IMG/VR virus record: IMGVR_UViG_3300027769_000020
Location: 27,528-91,527 of that record
DNA length: 64,000 nt
Strand: one strand, 5' to 3'
Origin: a virus
The notes below the pieces were generated by a model. It ran no database searches, was not told the origin of the DNA, and saw only the letters and a program-made list of their open reading frames with translations. A program made the translations under genes and the position numbers. Each line of letters starts with the position of its first letter. Positions within the stretch are counted from its first letter, which is position 1. Positions 45,601-55,037 of the stretch are shown here, one piece after another.

Positions 45601-47952
45601 TTAAATTTAAACTTAGATATGGAAAATAAAAAAAGTAATGTTTTTAATTTACCTATAGCAAGTCACTATGCAGGTCTAAAAATAAAATTAAGAAATCAGT
45701 ATGGACAATTAGATTCTATTAATCAAATTCCAATTACACCATCTGAGCAAAAATTAAATTTTAATGGACAAAATACTACTAATCAAAGTATTAGTTTTTG
45801 GTGTACTATTAGTACTCCTTTAGGTCCAAGAGCTAAAGAAATATTTATTACAAAATTACAACAAACTCCAGTGTTTTTTGGAGGTGATACTTATGTAAAT
45901 AGATATACAGAAAAGAATAATATGTTCTTTTTCTATGACTGGTTATATGGTCAACCTGATGGATATGAGTATAATTACTTATTAAGAAATATGATTACTG
46001 AACCAAGGTTTTGGTTAAATAGTCAACAGTATGATACAAGTCATTTAAAACCATCTAACTGGTTAAATCCTTCTCAAGGTTCTGGTCCATTACCATCTGA
46101 TTCATATAACCTTGATTATTTTGAAAGTACATCCCGTAGATATGATTATGCTTCTGATCAACCAACAGGTTTTCCTGATACATATCCAGGGGTATTAGGA
46201 ATTAAAGATTCATATTTTTATTTAGCTAATTCTTCAGTAAGAGATTTCTTTGTTGAGTCAGATGTATTAGTTGATTTTAGACAACCAGGTATAGCAACAT
46301 GGGAACAGCATTATGATCATAATTCATATACTGATTTACCTACTATGTTTAATATGAATCCTGTAAATATTACTAGAGGAAATTATTACGCATATGATTA
46401 TTCATTGAGTGTATCTAAAGTGTTTACTCAATATTTTTCACAAGGTAATTTACAGTCAAGATATTATAATCCTACGGTATCTCAGTTATGTTATACATAT
46501 TATCCTGATAGAGTTGTTTATTCATTACCACAACAAAATGCTTCATCTAAAGATTCATGGTTTGTATATCTAGTAAATAACTATAAAGAGTTTAAAAATA
46601 GAATTACCTCAATTAAAGCTTATGCTAAAACAGGTATGTTTATTACATTTCAAAACTCTAGTCCATTAGTATATCAAGGTGTTGATACTTTACAAACAGA
46701 TTTAGGTACTAAGATTACTATAGGTGATGGTGGTTTATTTGCTAATCCTCCACAAAATGTTACTATATCAGATACTGAATATGAATATGGTTCATCTCAA
46801 AATAAGTTTGGTGTAATTGCTACTCCAGCTGGTATGTATTATGTATCTCAGAATCAAGGTAGAGTATTTGCATTTGAAGGTGGTCTTAAAGAAGTATCTC
46901 AACAAGGTATGAAATGGTGGTTTAGTTTATTCTTACCATATAAACTTACTGAGGACTTTCCTGATTATCCACATACAGATAATCCTGTAGCTGGTATTGG
47001 TACACAAGCAGTATACGATAACTACAATGGTATTATATATTTCTGTAAAAAAGATTACAAGTTAAGAAGTGACTTACCTGCAAATACTAGTGTAGTATAT
47101 GAACCATATGGTGATTACTTCTTAGTTGATGGTATTACTAAAGTAGAGCTGGGTAACCCACTTATATTTGAAAATGCATCATGGACTGCAAGTTATGACC
47201 CTAAGAGCTCTTATTGGGTATCTTACCATGACTGGCATCCTGACTTTGTAATGCCTGCAAGACAGTACTTTATGACTACTAAAGCAGGTAAGATATGGAG
47301 ACATAATGTATCATGTAATAGTTACTGTAACTTCTATGGTGTTCAACATCCATTTGAAGTTGAGATACCATTAATTACAGGTCAAACAGTTACTACTCTT
47401 AAATCTATGGAATACATTCTTGAATGTTATAAAAACTCTACACTTAATTGTGTAGATCAATACCATGTTTTAGATTTTAACTTTGACAAAGCAGTAGTAT
47501 ATAACTCTGAGCAAGTATCTGGTTATTTGAATCTTAACTTGTTTCCAAAAAATAATATTACATTAGCTAATACATATCCTAAAGTTAATCCAACTTCAAT
47601 AGATGTATTATTTGCTAAAGAGGAAAACAAATATAGATTTAATCAGTTCTGGGATATTACTAAAAATAGAGGTGAGTTCCCAATAGGTTCTAATTATCCT
47701 CCAACAGGACCATTAGTACCGGGCACTACAGTACTTGCTGGTAATTATACTCAAGAAGTAATATGGAATACACAATCAAATGGTTACATCAAAACATTAA
47801 ATCCACTTAATTTGGATTATAATAAGCAACAACTTGAAAGAAAGAAGTTCAGACATTATTTAAATTTCTTATATTTGAGTAAGACTGACTCTAAAGATGT
47901 CAACATGATTGTTAAATTAAGTAATAGTAAAAATCAAATATCACTCAGGTAA
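42646..47952 (+). CDS. tail muzzle/stabilisation protein
   Basis: 1768 aa; KGLNKD...ARNA...G.L.NE N-terminus; RDEVY.F; FGGDTY; WVSYHDW; synteny. Confidence 0.75.
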   Translation: MAKKNIQNTSQNETNTFVKGLNKDSDPTFISEGMWTHARNAVNNTLEGNIGTLSNETSNVYCAEAGATLLGKKYIIGTIHLYSDKWVIFTVAYPNSGVGLPTGHEIGLFEEDTCKYRIIVQDACLNFDKRYLITGASREKEDCSWAVYFADGNNPDRYINIGDDALWPGSTYLWIGNNTYSNGVTDIQWPGVQWNQICHTDGCQQTSPGVWPPGCPEPNACITCVDDTTLNCEDLRLARLMSTPTIQVKPAVGSGELRNGSYFAVIAYTIKGQKVTDYFSPSNTQPIWNKNDVQGSIDILIDADNVHFDEFELIVVQIINQGAVAKRIGLYSTSTNVVHLDQIKDSLITIPIEQIPIRNIVYETSDQITEVNNYLLRIAPRSKFDFNYQPLANQIQTQWVSVEYPSNYYVEGGSNTSYLRDEVYTFFIRWVYSTGDKSSSYHIPGRAPQTFQIPGTSSIVSETATNVDFNTLETDDKVFEVYNTASVLSTPGTVLPDGGIVRATGRMGYWESTESYPDNRPDIWDASSQCWTGTTDPQYDLCGKPIRHHKFPDNFNTASNTDLTNHYSQGGANIRLMGVTFGNIILPKDNDGNDIPGIVGYEILRGSREGNRSIIAKGMINNLRSYNIRGNNTQGRIGLYPNYPFNTITPISDTIGGNVTGQNDPYIKLTDKNNNVIDQYVPSNFVTFHSPDTNFRTPYLSTTELKLYGRLSGQSVQYFQEPAEHPNLKLIADAAVILMFIGGVIQTLLQLTGKTKVSSQKSTAANVTTVAGTTSPSVIIAQTALAVATATYDTAITTYYTGLGPILDMFTGGAALKAIQGSYQIALDAAAAAGAISPSNATFEKEYSAYELLPPVVGAAFAIKQSAYYFSEGANSTLRIIYAGLPYRQFALQAIAEGFYSSFQPPVASNRRRFNIDDSLYLSDNIQTVKPYSGNNYVINNLKRQKTVLVRTTNNLKNNTGPDFINADQSLVTLGTAIQAGGNLGLNLNLDMENKKSNVFNLPIASHYAGLKIKLRNQYGQLDSINQIPITPSEQKLNFNGQNTTNQSISFWCTISTPLGPRAKEIFITKLQQTPVFFGGDTYVNRYTEKNNMFFFYDWLYGQPDGYEYNYLLRNMITEPRFWLNSQQYDTSHLKPSNWLNPSQGSGPLPSDSYNLDYFESTSRRYDYASDQPTGFPDTYPGVLGIKDSYFYLANSSVRDFFVESDVLVDFRQPGIATWEQHYDHNSYTDLPTMFNMNPVNITRGNYYAYDYSLSVSKVFTQYFSQGNLQSRYYNPTVSQLCYTYYPDRVVYSLPQQNASSKDSWFVYLVNNYKEFKNRITSIKAYAKTGMFITFQNSSPLVYQGVDTLQTDLGTKITIGDGGLFANPPQNVTISDTEYEYGSSQNKFGVIATPAGMYYVSQNQGRVFAFEGGLKEVSQQGMKWWFSLFLPYKLTEDFPDYPHTDNPVAGIGTQAVYDNYNGIIYFCKKDYKLRSDLPANTSVVYEPYGDYFLVDGITKVELGNPLIFENASWTASYDPKSSYWVSYHDWHPDFVMPARQYFMTTKAGKIWRHNVSCNSYCNFYGVQHPFEVEIPLITGQTVTTLKSMEYILECYKNSTLNCVDQYHVLDFNFDKAVVYNSEQVSGYLNLNLFPKNNITLANTYPKVNPTSIDVLFAKEENKYRFNQFWDITKNRGEFPIGSNYPPTGPLVPGTTVLAGNYTQEVIWNTQSNGYIKTLNPLNLDYNKQQLERKKFRHYLNFLYLSKTDSKDVNMIVKLSNSKNQISLR

Positions 47953-50900
47953 TGGGATTCAATAAGAAAGTATTATCTAAAGCTGTATCAGAATTAGGTA
48001 AAGCAAAAGCACCGGGTAAACCAAAAGATATAACAGTTGATCCAAGAGGTTATTGGAATCCAGCTAATCAAGGAGAACCCGTAAGAGTACCAGGTGGTGA
48101 TGACATTAATGGTATGGAGATTACAATGCATCAAGTTAGTCAACCTATATGGGCTCAACCTAATGTTGGACCAGGTGCTATAATGTACCCAGAAGAAAAC
48201 CGTCATTTTCCAGGTGCATCTTATGTAGATGAAACTCCTATAGCTAAAAAAGGTGGTACAGCAGGAAAATTATCTAGTGGTAATAAAACTGTTACTAAAG
48301 TAGTAAACATTAAATTTGACCTACCTGATTTAAGTGGTGCTAAAAAAATTGATGATAAAGTTACTTTAGCAATGTCACCAGATAGCTCAGGTGTATTTAC
48401 TATTGGTAAAGATGTAGAGAAATTCTCAGGTATTAAAGAATCAGAAGTTAAAGCTGATATAGCAGCAGGAAAAGAAAGTCCTGAAGATGCTCTTATATAT
48501 GGTTTAACTAATGTCATGAATGGAGGTAAAGATGTTTATCTATGGATAAATGGTTCAAGACTTCAAGGCATGGCTAAAAAAAATGGTGCTGATGAAGCTA
48601 TTACAGAAGTTGTATCACATGAAGCAATACACTTAGCAAGACATTTAATAACAAGAGCTATAGCAAAAAAGAAAGGTTTAAATCTTAATAATGAAGATTG
48701 GATTAAACATGACTATGGTGCAGGTGAATATAACTGGCCAGCAGTAGGTGATGAAAACAAAGAGAATCCTATTGTACAAATAGATGAGGAATCATTTGCT
48801 ACTGCAGAAGGACTAATTGTAGAACAGATACTACCATACTTTAAAGAGATGGCTAAGAGCTATTTAAAAAGTACAGACAGTAAAGAATTTAAAAAAGGTG
48901 GTACACTTCAAAGTAAGAAGTACTCTAAGAGTATGTCTGCTACTAATAAGTTAATGGCTAAGAACAAGTTATTCCAAAATAAAAAGAGTAAGATATTTGA
49001 TCCTAATGCTGAGTTTCAACAAGGTGGAATAAAGACTAATCCTTGGTTATATACATATGATTTAGGAATGCCAAATTCAGAAGTAGTAGGTGGTGGTTTT
49101 GATACCCAATTTAAATCAGGAATACACGGAAGTTTATCTGGTGAGATACCATTATTTAATAGAAACTCACAACCATGGTTATCACAAAATGTTGGTATAG
49201 GCCGTGGTTATAAAGGTTTATATGGTGATGTTACATTAAACAATTCATCTTCTGCAGGAAGTTTACTTAATCCAAGTTTAACTACTAGTTTACAATATAA
49301 TAAAAACTTAGGTGATCATTATAATTTTAGAGCTGGTTTATCTAATTTATCAAGTAAAGGTTCATATTTTAATCCAGAAATTAATGCTGGTATAACTTAT
49401 AGTTTTAAAAAGGGTGGTTCTAAACTAGGTCCTATTAATCTTAATCCAAATCCATTAAGCCACTATGAATTAAACTATGGTTTTAACTTACCAGTTAAAC
49501 AAGATGGTGGTGAATCTGATTATGAAGAACTAGAACTTACTGATGAAGAAATACAAGCATACAGAGATGGTGGTTATGTAGTAGAAGAAATACCTGAACA
49601 AGAAATAGGTGGTTATGTACAACATGAACTAGTTAAAGCACAAACTGGTTTAGAACAAAATGATTCAGATGTATATACATATGCAGGAAGACCAGATTCT
49701 TACTATAAGAAAGATGATAAAGGTCAATGGCTGATTAGTAATAAAGGAACAGGTAATAAGTTTATTCCTATTAAAGATCCAAAAGGTGATAGAGCAAAAA
49801 TCTTAAATGCTGAAGCTAAAAAAAATGTACCAATGACAGATAGTCCTTATGCATTAGCAGCTTCAAATTTTGCTAATGATAATGGTACAGATTCTAAACA
49901 AGCATATATTGATAAATATCAAAAGTCACCTGAACTTGCAAAACAAAAAGTTGTAAAACAATTTAAGACAGATAAAGAACTTGCAAAAACAGCAGAATTT
50001 ATAAATAGTGGAAAACTAGAAAATTCAACAAATACAGATCAACAATTAGATCCAAGACTTATGGGTCCCGTAGGTGATAATACAAGAACTACAGCAGGCT
50101 TTAATGGCCAACAAGCTTTTGAAGGAGCCTTACGTTATAACTCACCAGAAAGTGTAGAAGAACGTAAAATACAAGCTGAGTGGGAAAAACAAAAATGGGA
50201 TGAGTATGCAAAGAAGTCATTATATGATAGAGTTTTAGATAGAACACAAGCCTTTGCTGCAAACCCCTTTGTATTAACTGGTAATGTTTTATCAGGTAAA
50301 CAAGGTTTTATTCCAGGAATGGGTAGAGGTTTATTAAATAAAGATAATCCTGAAGAATATGATAGATACCTCCAAGCTACTGGACAAGTAAAAGGTGAGG
50401 TTAGCTTAAGTGATATGCTTAATTTTGCAAACCCTACTCACTGGGGAGCTAGTGCTGGAAATGAATTTAGTAAAGGTAATTATGGTCAAGGTGCAACGGA
50501 ACTTGGTTTATCATTATTAGGTGTAGGTGCAGGTAGAGGTTTATTACAAGGTAGTAAAGCTCTTGCTCAAAGTTTAGGTAGAGGAGCTAAATATGTAGGT
50601 AAAGCAATGAATACAGCACCAAAATTTTTACCTGGTGCAACATTAAACAATGCTATAAATGCAGGTTTTGCAGGTCATGGTTTAAATGAAATTGTTTCAG
50701 GTGATGTTGCTGAACCATGGAAGAAAGCAATGAAGAGTGGTAAAGGAATAGATTATGCAACTGCATTAGGTGAAAACGCCATGACTGCATTAGAACTTGC
50801 TCCATTAGTTGGACCTGCCGCAAAAGGTTTAATTGGAGGATTGAATGCAAGTAAAGAATCTATAATAGGTGCAAAAAATATTTTAGGTGATTATAGAAAC

Positions 50901-52694
50901 ATTGAGCAGTTAAGACTTGCTAATCATTATAAAGATTTTAATACAGCAAGTAAAGCACATCCAACTATATTCAATGATAAAAAAGTATTTGATGCAACTA
51001 AAACTGAAGCAAAACAATTATTAAAAAAATATAAAAAAGACTTTACTGAAAACTTTGGAGCAGGTAAAGATGATGAAGTATTATTATATGGTGCTCATAA
51101 TGATTTAAAAAATGCAGTTAAAAATAAAAACTTTTTAGCAGAAGATGAATTTGCAAAATCAGCTGGATTAAAAAATGACTTAACAAATCAGGAAAAGTTT
51201 TTAGCAGATGCATATCAATTAGAATACTCACCATACTTTAATAGAAATATACGTAATGGTAATCAAAAGTTTTCAGAATATTTAGCAGATGATTTTAACT
51301 CACTGATGAATAAAAATAAAACAGCTAGACCAGTACAAGTATCAAGAGTATCTGATTTTGATAGAAAAGTTAAAACATTAAGAAAGGGTACATCAGAACC
51401 AGAAATGGTACATTATAATGATCTAAAAGAAGGTGATGTTATTTATCCAGAACACAACTGGAGTACTACTACTGATTTAGAAAATAATGTTTGGGGAAGT
51501 GGTAATCCATCAGCAAAAACTGCACGTATTAATATACCAGAAAATCAAGGTGTATTCAGACCTAATATGTATAAAGGTACCCAGTATGCTAATGAACAAG
51601 AACTTGTATTACCAAGTGGTTTAGGATATAAAGTTAGTGGTGTTAATCCTCAAGGTTTTACACATGAAAATCCTAGATTCATGTTTGATGCAGTTACTCC
51701 ATCAGCAGGTACAAGCGGTACATTAAATGCTGGTATATCACCAGATCTTATTAAGAATGCTGTGGGACCTAGAAATAGTGTTTTAGCAAGAATAGTTGAT
51801 AATGCATATTTCTCACCTCCATTAAATAAAACAATGGATAGATTAAGTCCATTAAATTTAATACCGGGATATGGTTCTAAATTAACTGGTGCTACAATGC
51901 CATTAGGTAATGTTATTAATAGAAGTATTAAAAATGGTAATTTAGTAGAGGCTCCATCATTATTAAAACAAGCAAAAAATCTAGTTAAAACTACTGAGGC
52001 AAAACCATTAACTACACAGTTTAATAATTTAAACTCTGATATTTATGCAGCTAAAGTAAGTGGTTTAAATCCTGGTTCAACAATTGGTGTAGGTCAACCA
52101 TATAAACAAGGTTTTTTAGGTAGAACATTTGCAAAATCAAAAGCACAATATCCTGTTCAAAATAGAGTAGGTGAAAGTTTATCTCAAATACCATTAAGTG
52201 ATCCAGGTGTATCATTACATAGAAGGTTACCTTTTTCTAAAAGATATGTACCTATTGATAAAGAAAAACTTATGAATAATAAGTTTCAATGGTCAACAAC
52301 TGGTTCAGGTCTACAAAATCTAGGAGAAAAATTTGTTAAAAGTGCTCCTGTGTATGGAGCTTTAGGAGCTGGAGCTGCAGCATTAATGTACAATCCTTAT
52401 GATTATATGTCTGAAGATGCTGCAAGAATGGTTAAAGAAGAAAACATACCATTAGAAACTTTAACAGATTTACCTACAAGAACTGATGCAACTAAACAAG
52501 GATTTAAAGATATGCAACAATCACCATTAGAATTTATAAAAAATCCTGATCCATATGGTGTTAAGTTTTATGGTTCAATGTTAGGTTATAGTCAAGGTGG
52601 TAATGTTATAACTGAAGAATGGGAAGATGAACTGGATGATTATACAATTAACCTATTAAGAAAAGCAGGTTACGTTGTTGAAGAAATTGATTAA
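47952..52694 (+). CDS. modular virion cargo protein: zincin (HEAIH), beta-barrel-like module and ADP-ribosyltransferase domain
   Basis: Modules separated by xxxGG motifs; R..STT..EQE ART signature at 51345-51602. Confidence 0.7.
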   Translation: MGFNKKVLSKAVSELGKAKAPGKPKDITVDPRGYWNPANQGEPVRVPGGDDINGMEITMHQVSQPIWAQPNVGPGAIMYPEENRHFPGASYVDETPIAKKGGTAGKLSSGNKTVTKVVNIKFDLPDLSGAKKIDDKVTLAMSPDSSGVFTIGKDVEKFSGIKESEVKADIAAGKESPEDALIYGLTNVMNGGKDVYLWINGSRLQGMAKKNGADEAITEVVSHEAIHLARHLITRAIAKKKGLNLNNEDWIKHDYGAGEYNWPAVGDENKENPIVQIDEESFATAEGLIVEQILPYFKEMAKSYLKSTDSKEFKKGGTLQSKKYSKSMSATNKLMAKNKLFQNKKSKIFDPNAEFQQGGIKTNPWLYTYDLGMPNSEVVGGGFDTQFKSGIHGSLSGEIPLFNRNSQPWLSQNVGIGRGYKGLYGDVTLNNSSSAGSLLNPSLTTSLQYNKNLGDHYNFRAGLSNLSSKGSYFNPEINAGITYSFKKGGSKLGPINLNPNPLSHYELNYGFNLPVKQDGGESDYEELELTDEEIQAYRDGGYVVEEIPEQEIGGYVQHELVKAQTGLEQNDSDVYTYAGRPDSYYKKDDKGQWLISNKGTGNKFIPIKDPKGDRAKILNAEAKKNVPMTDSPYALAASNFANDNGTDSKQAYIDKYQKSPELAKQKVVKQFKTDKELAKTAEFINSGKLENSTNTDQQLDPRLMGPVGDNTRTTAGFNGQQAFEGALRYNSPESVEERKIQAEWEKQKWDEYAKKSLYDRVLDRTQAFAANPFVLTGNVLSGKQGFIPGMGRGLLNKDNPEEYDRYLQATGQVKGEVSLSDMLNFANPTHWGASAGNEFSKGNYGQGATELGLSLLGVGAGRGLLQGSKALAQSLGRGAKYVGKAMNTAPKFLPGATLNNAINAGFAGHGLNEIVSGDVAEPWKKAMKSGKGIDYATALGENAMTALELAPLVGPAAKGLIGGLNASKESIIGAKNILGDYRNIEQLRLANHYKDFNTASKAHPTIFNDKKVFDATKTEAKQLLKKYKKDFTENFGAGKDDEVLLYGAHNDLKNAVKNKNFLAEDEFAKSAGLKNDLTNQEKFLADAYQLEYSPYFNRNIRNGNQKFSEYLADDFNSLMNKNKTARPVQVSRVSDFDRKVKTLRKGTSEPEMVHYNDLKEGDVIYPEHNWSTTTDLENNVWGSGNPSAKTARINIPENQGVFRPNMYKGTQYANEQELVLPSGLGYKVSGVNPQGFTHENPRFMFDAVTPSAGTSGTLNAGISPDLIKNAVGPRNSVLARIVDNAYFSPPLNKTMDRLSPLNLIPGYGSKLTGATMPLGNVINRSIKNGNLVEAPSLLKQAKNLVKTTEAKPLTTQFNNLNSDIYAAKVSGLNPGSTIGVGQPYKQGFLGRTFAKSKAQYPVQNRVGESLSQIPLSDPGVSLHRRLPFSKRYVPIDKEKLMNNKFQWSTTGSGLQNLGEKFVKSAPVYGALGAGAAALMYNPYDYMSEDAARMVKEENIPLETLTDLPTRTDATKQGFKDMQQSPLEFIKNPDPYGVKFYGSMLGYSQGGNVITEEWEDELDDYTINLLRKAGYVVEEID

Positions 52695-52754
52695 ACTTTT
52701 AATGTTTATAGAGTAAATCAAAATTTATTATATTTAATATATATTACATATTAT

Positions 52755-55028
52755 ATGAAAAAGAAAGTAAGAGTATATAAACCAGGTGGTGAAGCTGCTC
52801 AACCTACTCAAGAAGAAATAGTTAATTATATTGCTCAAAGAATGTCATCTGATGACTTTGATGGTGATACTGATACATTAAAAGAAGAGTTAGCTCAAGC
52901 TGGTATTGATGAAGTTACAGCTGAACAATATATTGAATATGTTAATGAGAACTTAGGTTTATCAGACCAATCACAAACTGTTAATCCTGAAGATGCTGCT
53001 GCAATAGCTGCTGAAGAAGAACAAGCTGCATCAGATGAAGAACAAGCTTTACTTAATGAGCAAAATGCAGCAGAAGAGCAGGCAAGACAAGAACAGATGG
53101 CTGCAATGTATGATACTGGTATAGATACATCTGCTGATGAAGCTGCTGATGATGAAGCATTATATATGCAGTATGGTGGTTCTAAACCTAGTAAAAGAAG
53201 TTTTATTAACAAGTATACTAAACTTGCTAAAAAACAAATGGGTGGAGATGCAACAAATCATACTCAAGGTCCAGATACAAAACCAGCAACTAACTTTTTA
53301 TCTGCTGTAGCTAATACAGCTAAAGATGCAGTATTAAAACAAGAAGCTGAACAAGCATATAATTCTATCTATGGTGCACCACAAGTAGGAGCATTTCAAG
53401 ATGGTGGTATAAATCCAGAACAAATTGATACTGAAAGTCCATTAGATCATTGGACTAAGCAAAGTCAAGCTATGGGAGATATTTTTAAGAATAATCAGAA
53501 TATTCAAAATGATATGCCTCATGGACAATTTGGTGGTTTTACAGATACTAATTCTGGTTTATATAGATTTATTGGTGGTGGAGATAATGAGTATATTGAT
53601 GAACAATATCAAGATGCTGATTTAGATTACCCACAGTATGCAAAACATGGTGGTGCTTTACATAAATATCAAGAGGATGGTGAAACTACTGAAGACTGGA
53701 AAGCTAAGTATGATGAACTTGTAAAACAAAATGCAGCAGGAGAAGCACTAATTAATAGAAGTAGACCTTATGGTAGAAGTAATATTATAGGTGGTAATTT
53801 TGGAGGTGGTAATTTTCCTATAACTAGAAATAGATATAACCAAGCAATTGGTAATCCGTATTATACAACTACTGGTGAGGAGTTACCTTATGGTACTGAT
53901 ATTAGTAAATTAACACCAACAAGTACTGTAACAAAAAAAGGTTTATTTGGTAGAGATAAAGAAATTACTGTAAACTTTAGAGACCCATCTGAGTATTTAA
54001 ATGCACCTACTAATGTAACAGCTTCTAATTCTACAGCTGCTACACCTACAAATCAAGCAGGTACACCAAGTACACAAGTTACTAATCCAAGTATGTCTTA
54101 TTATCCTGGACCACAAAATGATCAACGCTTTGCAAGACGTATGATGAATTCAGGTATACCTGTTATACAAGGTATTGGTTCTTATTTTGTTGATACAAAA
54201 AGTCCATCTGAGAAAGAATTATTTAATGATAAAGATGAAGTAGCAAGAGTAAAAAAAAGAATGTCAGACTTTATACCTATTGATAAATTATCACAAAAAA
54301 CAGAGGCAACAAAAGCATATGGTGGACCTATTGACTATACTGAGTATGCTTATGGTGGGGATATATCTGTACCAGAATTATATAGAGCACAAGCAGGAGT
54401 AGAACAAAAACTAGATCCTAATGATAATTCAGTTTTTGCTTTTAAACCTTTAAGTGATGCAGAGTTAGAAGAACAATCTCAATATGATCCTGCAGTACCA
54501 GAACAAGAACAACCAGAATTAACTGATGCACAAAACTTTCTAAAATACCAACGTGATTTTAATCAAATGAATACATATGCTCAAAAAGCTAAAACTGCAG
54601 ATGCTCCGGGTGTAGGTACAACTAGTAATCCAATATATCAAAAAGATATTTCACAAAAGTTTAAACCTAAATCTGAATGGAATGTTGATGGTCCAACTTT
54701 AGGAACAGGTATTGATTTAGCTGAAAATGCAATAGCAGGTACATTAGAAAAAGCTGCTGCTAATAAACAACAGAATCAATTAAATGAGTATTACAAGAAT
54801 ACTATTAATACATTTGGTACAAATGACCAATATAATGTAGGTACTTATGGTGCTAATCTTGGTGATCTTAGATCAAATGATACTGGTTTTATGGGTGTTG
54901 TTAAATATGGTGGAGGTATTTATGCTATGGGTGGAAACACTGAAGATGAAGGTGATGATATCCAATATATGACTGAAAAAGAAATTAAAGACTTCCTAGC
55001 TAATGGAGGTGAATTAGAATATTTATAA
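52755..55028 (+). CDS. low-complexity virion cargo protein with many xxxGG motifs
   Basis: YKPGG, MQYGG, KQMGG, FQDGG, AKHGG, KAYGG, YAYGG, VKYGG, YAMGG, LANGG. Confidence 0.7.
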   Translation: MKKKVRVYKPGGEAAQPTQEEIVNYIAQRMSSDDFDGDTDTLKEELAQAGIDEVTAEQYIEYVNENLGLSDQSQTVNPEDAAAIAAEEEQAASDEEQALLNEQNAAEEQARQEQMAAMYDTGIDTSADEAADDEALYMQYGGSKPSKRSFINKYTKLAKKQMGGDATNHTQGPDTKPATNFLSAVANTAKDAVLKQEAEQAYNSIYGAPQVGAFQDGGINPEQIDTESPLDHWTKQSQAMGDIFKNNQNIQNDMPHGQFGGFTDTNSGLYRFIGGGDNEYIDEQYQDADLDYPQYAKHGGALHKYQEDGETTEDWKAKYDELVKQNAAGEALINRSRPYGRSNIIGGNFGGGNFPITRNRYNQAIGNPYYTTTGEELPYGTDISKLTPTSTVTKKGLFGRDKEITVNFRDPSEYLNAPTNVTASNSTAATPTNQAGTPSTQVTNPSMSYYPGPQNDQRFARRMMNSGIPVIQGIGSYFVDTKSPSEKELFNDKDEVARVKKRMSDFIPIDKLSQKTEATKAYGGPIDYTEYAYGGDISVPELYRAQAGVEQKLDPNDNSVFAFKPLSDAELEEQSQYDPAVPEQEQPELTDAQNFLKYQRDFNQMNTYAQKAKTADAPGVGTTSNPIYQKDISQKFKPKSEWNVDGPTLGTGIDLAENAIAGTLEKAAANKQQNQLNEYYKNTINTFGTNDQYNVGTYGANLGDLRSNDTGFMGVVKYGGGIYAMGGNTEDEGDDIQYMTEKEIKDFLANGGELEYL

Positions 55029-55037
55029 TTTTGTATT

